A stretch of 20,935 nt of DNA from assembly GCA_963747235.1 (NCBI GenBank), contig CAVVEU010000037.1, positions 1-20,935 of the forward strand, read 5' to 3'. The position numbers were made by a program, and so were the translations under genes. Within the stretch, counting starts at the first letter, position 1. Each line of letters opens with the position of its first letter. Origin of the DNA: an uncultured Candidatus Rokubacteria bacterium. GTDB lineage: Bacteria > Methylomirabilota > Methylomirabilia > Rokubacteriales > CSP1-6. Below are positions 16,847-20,935 of the stretch, in pieces. The notes under the pieces were generated by a model. It was not told the origin of the DNA and ran no database searches. It was given only the letters and a program-made list of their open reading frames with translations.

Positions 16847-18466
16847 ATGCTCACGCGCCGTGAGTTTCTCGCCGCCACCACCACCGCCGCCGCGGCTCTG
16901 GCCGCCGCGCCGTCGGGAGTAGTCGCCCAGACCCCCAAGCGTGGCGGCACCCTGTCCGTCCGGGCGTGGGATCCGCCGCACTTCGACCACAGCCTCGTGC
17001 ACGCGTACAAGACGCACGTGGTGGTTTCCTTCACCCACAGCCGGCTCCTGAAGCATCGGGCCGGCCCCGGCGTCCGGCCGGGTTCGCTGGTGCTGGAAGG
17101 CGATCTGGCCGAGTCCTGGACGCAGCCGAGCGACACCACCTACGTCTTCAAGCTGCGCCGGGGCGTGCGCTTCCACGCCAAGCCGCCGGTGAACGGCCGG
17201 GAGCTGACCGCGGAGGATGTGAAGTACACATTCGAGCGCATGCTCACCGAGACGGGCAGCAATGCCTCGATGTATCGCTCGATCGCCAGGATCGAGGCGG
17301 TGGACCGGTACACGGTGCGGTTCACGCTCTCGGAGCCCTTTGCGTGGTTCCTCGACATGGTGGCGAGCCCGATGGCCGGCGGGATCGTGGCCCGGGAGTG
17401 CGTGGAGAAGTTCGGCGACCTCAAGAAGCCAGAGGCGGTGATCGGTACCGGCCCCTGGATGCTCGAGAGCTACAAGCCGAACGTGTCCATCACGCTGGTG
17501 CGCAACCCCGCCTACTTCGTGGCCGGCCTGCCGTACATCGACCGGGTCGAGCTGATGGTGGACGAGGATAATGCCTCGCGCATGGCCGCGTTTCTCTCGG
17601 GCCGGTATGACCTCGGCTGGGAGTTCCCGGGCACCATCAACCGGACGGACTGGGTGTCCATCAAGGATCGGCTCCGCCAGACGCGGCCCTCGCTGCGGAC
17701 GGCCGAGTTCGCGTCGAACGTGGTGAACGATTTCGCGATGCGGACGGATCAGAAGCCGTGGAGCGACGCGAGGGTTCGCCAGGCGGTTTCGCTGGGCCTG
17801 AACCGGCAGGAGATCATCGACGCCACGCTCGAGGGTGTGGGCGTCGTCAACGGGCCGATGGCCGCCGCGCTCACCGACTGGGCGCTGCCCATCGACCAGC
17901 TCGGCGAGGGCGCGCGCTACTACCGGCACGACCCCGCGGAGGGCAAGCGGCTGCTCGCGGCGGCCGGGTACCCGAACGGTTTCCCGGCCAGCATCTGCTT
18001 CAATTCCTACGGCTCCACCGTGCTGGTGGACACCGTCCAGCTCGTCATCAAGCACCTCAAGACAGTGGGGATCGACGCACGGCTCGACCAGAAGGAGTAT
18101 GGCGCCTATCAGGCGAGCTGCCGGCTCGGGAAGTTCGACTCCATGGTGTTCGGGCCCCTGACCCCGTTCCTCGACGCGGACAACTTCCTGTTCGGCCAGT
18201 ACTACACCGGCGAGCCCCGCAACCGCAGCCACGTCAAGGACCCGGCGCTCGACGACCTGCTCGTCCGGCAGCGGCGCGCCATGGACGTGAAGGCCCGCCG
18301 CGAGATCATCAACGACATCCAGCGGCATCTCGCCAAGCAGCAGTACTACGTCCACGCCCCGGTGGGGACCTACATCGCGGTGTGGGATGGGACGCTGAAG
18401 AACTACGGACCAAATCTGGGCTACGACTACGGCGGGCGGCTCATCACCGCCTGGCTCGACCGCTGA
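16847..18466 (+). CDS. ABC transporter solute-binding protein family 5 (Opp/Dpp/NikA-like) with Tat signal
   Basis: Twin-arginine TRREFL, PKRGGTL, DLAESW...YVFKLR.GVRFH, TAEDVKYT, IGTGPW and DARVRQA. AGGAGG SD upstream. Confidence 0.92.
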   Translation: MLTRREFLAATTTAAAALAAAPSGVVAQTPKRGGTLSVRAWDPPHFDHSLVHAYKTHVVVSFTHSRLLKHRAGPGVRPGSLVLEGDLAESWTQPSDTTYVFKLRRGVRFHAKPPVNGRELTAEDVKYTFERMLTETGSNASMYRSIARIEAVDRYTVRFTLSEPFAWFLDMVASPMAGGIVARECVEKFGDLKKPEAVIGTGPWMLESYKPNVSITLVRNPAYFVAGLPYIDRVELMVDEDNASRMAAFLSGRYDLGWEFPGTINRTDWVSIKDRLRQTRPSLRTAEFASNVVNDFAMRTDQKPWSDARVRQAVSLGLNRQEIIDATLEGVGVVNGPMAAALTDWALPIDQLGEGARYYRHDPAEGKRLLAAAGYPNGFPASICFNSYGSTVLVDTVQLVIKHLKTVGIDARLDQKEYGAYQASCRLGKFDSMVFGPLTPFLDADNFLFGQYYTGEPRNRSHVKDPALDDLLVRQRRAMDVKARREIINDIQRHLAKQQYYVHAPVGTYIAVWDGTLKNYGPNLGYDYGGRLITAWLDR

Positions 18467-18473
18467 TCGCGCG

Positions 18474-19253
18474 ATGATTCTCGCCGACCGTGTCGCGATC
18501 GTCACCGGCGCCGGCAACGGCATCGGGAAGGCCACCGCGCTGGCCCTCGCCCGCGCCGGAGCGCGCGTCGCCGCGGTGGACGTGGACGGGGGCGCGGCCA
18601 AGCTCACCGCGGACGCCGCCGCGGCGCTGGGGCCCGGGAGCCTGGCGCTGGACACCGACGTGGGGGACCTGCCCGCCATCGACCGGATGGTCCAGCGGGT
18701 GATGGAGACGTTCGGGCGCGTCGACATCCTGGTGAACAATGCCGGGGTCACGCGGCGCGCCTACATCATGGATCTCACCGAGCAGGACTGGGACCGCATC
18801 ATGCGCGTCAACGCCAAGGGCGTCTTCTTCTGCCTGCAGCGGGTGGCGCGCGAGATGATCCCGCGGCGCAGCGGCACCATCATCAACATCGCGTCCATCG
18901 CGGGGAAGGGCTACGCGGGCACCTCGAACGCGATCTACGCGGCCAGCAAGGGGAGCGTGATCTCGCTGACCCGCACCGCCGCGCTCCAGCTCGCCCGGCA
19001 CGACATCAACGTGAACGCGATCTGCCCCGGCATCACGGTCACCGCGCTGTCCGAGGCCAACGTGGCGGTCCGCGCCCGCGACGAGGGGTTGTCGCTCGAG
19101 GAGATGACGCGGCGGCGCAATGCGGTCATTCCGCTCGGGCGGCCGAACGACCCGGAGGACCTGGCCGCGCTGGCGGTGTTCCTGGCCTCGCCGGGCGCGC
19201 GGAACATCACCGGCCAGTCCTTCAACGTGGACGGCGGCATCATCTTCGACTGA
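18474..19253 (+). CDS. Short-chain dehydrogenase/reductase
   Basis: TGAGNGIG, NNAG, catalytic Ser and YAASK, VNAICPG and NVDGG. Confidence 0.93.
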   Translation: MILADRVAIVTGAGNGIGKATALALARAGARVAAVDVDGGAAKLTADAAAALGPGSLALDTDVGDLPAIDRMVQRVMETFGRVDILVNNAGVTRRAYIMDLTEQDWDRIMRVNAKGVFFCLQRVAREMIPRRSGTIINIASIAGKGYAGTSNAIYAASKGSVISLTRTAALQLARHDINVNAICPGITVTALSEANVAVRARDEGLSLEEMTRRRNAVIPLGRPNDPEDLAALAVFLASPGARNITGQSFNVDGGIIFD

Positions 19254-19275
19254 TTCCGACCAAGGAGAGCTCACC

Positions 19276-20124
19276 ATGAACATCGGCGTCTCGGTGCCCC
19301 TGCCTGCCTATCTCGTGGACGTCGGGGCCATGGCCCGCAAGGCCGAGGAGCTCGGGTTCGAGTCCTTCTGGTGCGCGGAGCACCCGTTCATCCCGGTGCA
19401 GACCGCGAGTCGCTTTCCGGGCTCGGCGGACGGCGTTATCCCGGAGGAGTACTCGCACTTCGTGGATCCCTTCGTGGCGCTCGCGCGCGCCTCGGGGACG
19501 ACCAGCCGCATCAAGCTCGCCACCGGCATCGTGCTGGTGCCGGAGCGGCATCCGCTGGTGCTGGCCAAGGAGGTGTCCACGCTCGATCTCTTCAGCGGCG
19601 GGCGCTTCCTGTTCGGCATCGGGGCGGGGTGGCTGCGCGAGGAGACCCAGATCATGGGCGGCGACTTCGACCACCGCTGGACCCAGACGCGGGAGTCGGT
19701 CCTGGCCATGAAGGAGCTGTGGACGAAGACGGACGCCGAGTACCACGGCAAGTACTACGATTTCCCGCCGGTGCGGTCGTATCCCAAGCCGGCGCAGAGG
19801 CCGCACCCGCCGGTGCTCCTGGGCGGCGGCGCGAAGAACGTGCTGCAGCGGGTGGCGTCGTGGGGCGACGGCTGGCTGCCCAACCGGGTGACGCCGGATC
19901 AGCTTCGCGAGAGCCGCGCCACGCTCGACCGGCTCGCCAAGGAGAACGGCCGCGATCCGGCCGCCATCACCATCTCGGTGCATGGCCAGCCCGCCGACCG
20001 GGACCTGGTGCGCCGCCTCCTCGATGCGGGCGCCACGCGCGTGATCATCCGGCCGGCCACCTCGAAGTCGGAGCCGGACATGGTGCGCGAGCTGACCCGC
20101 ATCGCGGAGACGGTGATGCGGTAG
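19276..20124 (+). CDS. LLM-class (probably F420-dependent) oxidoreductase
   Basis: AEELGFESFWCAEH, DPFVALA, LAKEVSTLD.FSGGR..FGIGAGWLREE and PKP.Q.PHPP. AAGGAG SD before ATG 19276. Confidence 0.88.
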   Translation: MNIGVSVPLPAYLVDVGAMARKAEELGFESFWCAEHPFIPVQTASRFPGSADGVIPEEYSHFVDPFVALARASGTTSRIKLATGIVLVPERHPLVLAKEVSTLDLFSGGRFLFGIGAGWLREETQIMGGDFDHRWTQTRESVLAMKELWTKTDAEYHGKYYDFPPVRSYPKPAQRPHPPVLLGGGAKNVLQRVASWGDGWLPNRVTPDQLRESRATLDRLAKENGRDPAAITISVHGQPADRDLVRRLLDAGATRVIIRPATSKSEPDMVRELTRIAETVMR

Positions 20125-20139
20125 GCCCCGGTCCCAGGA

Positions 20140-20934
20140 TCAGGCGTTCGGGATCCAGGGCCAGTACTTGGCGATCGCGCCGGCGTCCACGCGCAGGTCG
20201 GTGCCGGTGATCATCTCCGCGTCGTCCGAGGCCAGGAAGACCACCGCGCGGGCGTAGTGACGCGGGCTCGGGAGCTTCCCCATCGGGACCATCTTCGGGA
20301 AGTCCAGCCCGCGGGCGCGCGGCTCGGGCCGTGGGCGCCCCCAGGCCACCGCGCGATCGGCGGCCTCCTCGGTATCGGTGGCGGTCGGCGTCAGGCTGTT
20401 CACCCGGATGCCGTGGCGGGCCAGGTCCATCGCGGCGGCGCGCGTGAAGTTGAGCAGCCCGCCCTTGCTGGTGGAGTAGGCGATGTTGCCGGCCTGGCCC
20501 TGGTGGCCGGCGGTCGAGACCACCACCACGATGTTGCCGCGCCGCCGCTGCTCCACCATGAGCCGGGCCACGTGCTTGGTGCAGAGGAACGTCCCGGTGA
20601 GGTGGACCGCGATCTGGCGATTCCAGCGCTCGACCGGCATCTCGAGCACGCTCTGGCCGCCGAGGATGCCCGCGTTGTTGACCAGGATGTCCACGCCGCC
20701 GTAGGCGTCCCGGACCCGCGCCACCATCGCTTCCACCTGGCTCTCGTCGGTGACGTCGCACGTGAGGCCCAGGGCGTCGCGGCCCTGGCGCGTGATCGCC
20801 TCCGCGCACTGGAGGGCGTTGTCCGGCGTCACGTCCACGCACACCACGGTGGCGCCCTCCTCGGCGAGGCCCTCCGCGATGCCTCCGCCGATGTTGGGGC
20901 TGGTGCCGGTCACGATCGCGATCTTCTTCGCTAG
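20140..20934 (-). CDS. Short-chain dehydrogenase/reductase, start outside the window
   Basis: The frame is open to the edge (LAKKIAIVTGTSPNIGGG). Motifs NNAG, YSTSK, IRVNSL and VDAG. Confidence 0.9.
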   Translation of the reverse strand, partial: LAKKIAIVTGTSPNIGGGIAEGLAEEGATVVCVDVTPDNALQCAEAITRQGRDALGLTCDVTDESQVEAMVARVRDAYGGVDILVNNAGILGGQSVLEMPVERWNRQIAVHLTGTFLCTKHVARLMVEQRRRGNIVVVVSTAGHQGQAGNIAYSTSKGGLLNFTRAAAMDLARHGIRVNSLTPTATDTEEAADRAVAWGRPRPEPRARGLDFPKMVPMGKLPSPRHYARAVVFLASDDAEMITGTDLRVDAGAIAKYWPWIPNA

Positions 20935-20935
20935 A

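Overview
Very GC-rich (roughly 70%) bacterial window. The gene repertoire (orphan Tat-exported family-5 solute-binding protein, LLM oxidoreductase, SDRs, DUF222 element) suggests Candidatus Rokubacteria/Methylomirabilota or a similar soil lineage; this is inference only. From left to right: a CxxC-less thioredoxin-reductase-like flavoprotein (5' end outside the window); a reactive-sulfur module (persulfide dioxygenase-rhodanese-DUF2892 fusion plus a Cys-bearing ArsR) divergent from a CopA-type P1B ATPase; a sigma54-type promoter ahead of a frameshifted PilZ/pseudo-receiver gene; two TPR genes, yaiI, yaeQ and an acyl-CoA ligase; a degenerate DUF222(-HNH) element; an eight-gene ars operon (arsR-arsI-arsM-aqpS-MFS-arsN1-arsC-MFS); then SBP, SDR, LLM and SDR genes. 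The best candidate for an undescribed system is the ars operon. It has a two-Cys ArsR of the predicted methylarsenite-selective type, encodes both a methylating and a demethylating enzyme, has no Acr3/ArsB/ArsP, and carries two paralogous HxWE-motif MFS transporters that I cannot assign to a known Ars exporter. Three single-base frameshifts in G/C runs suggest assembly errors. All family assignments come from motif recognition, not database searches.
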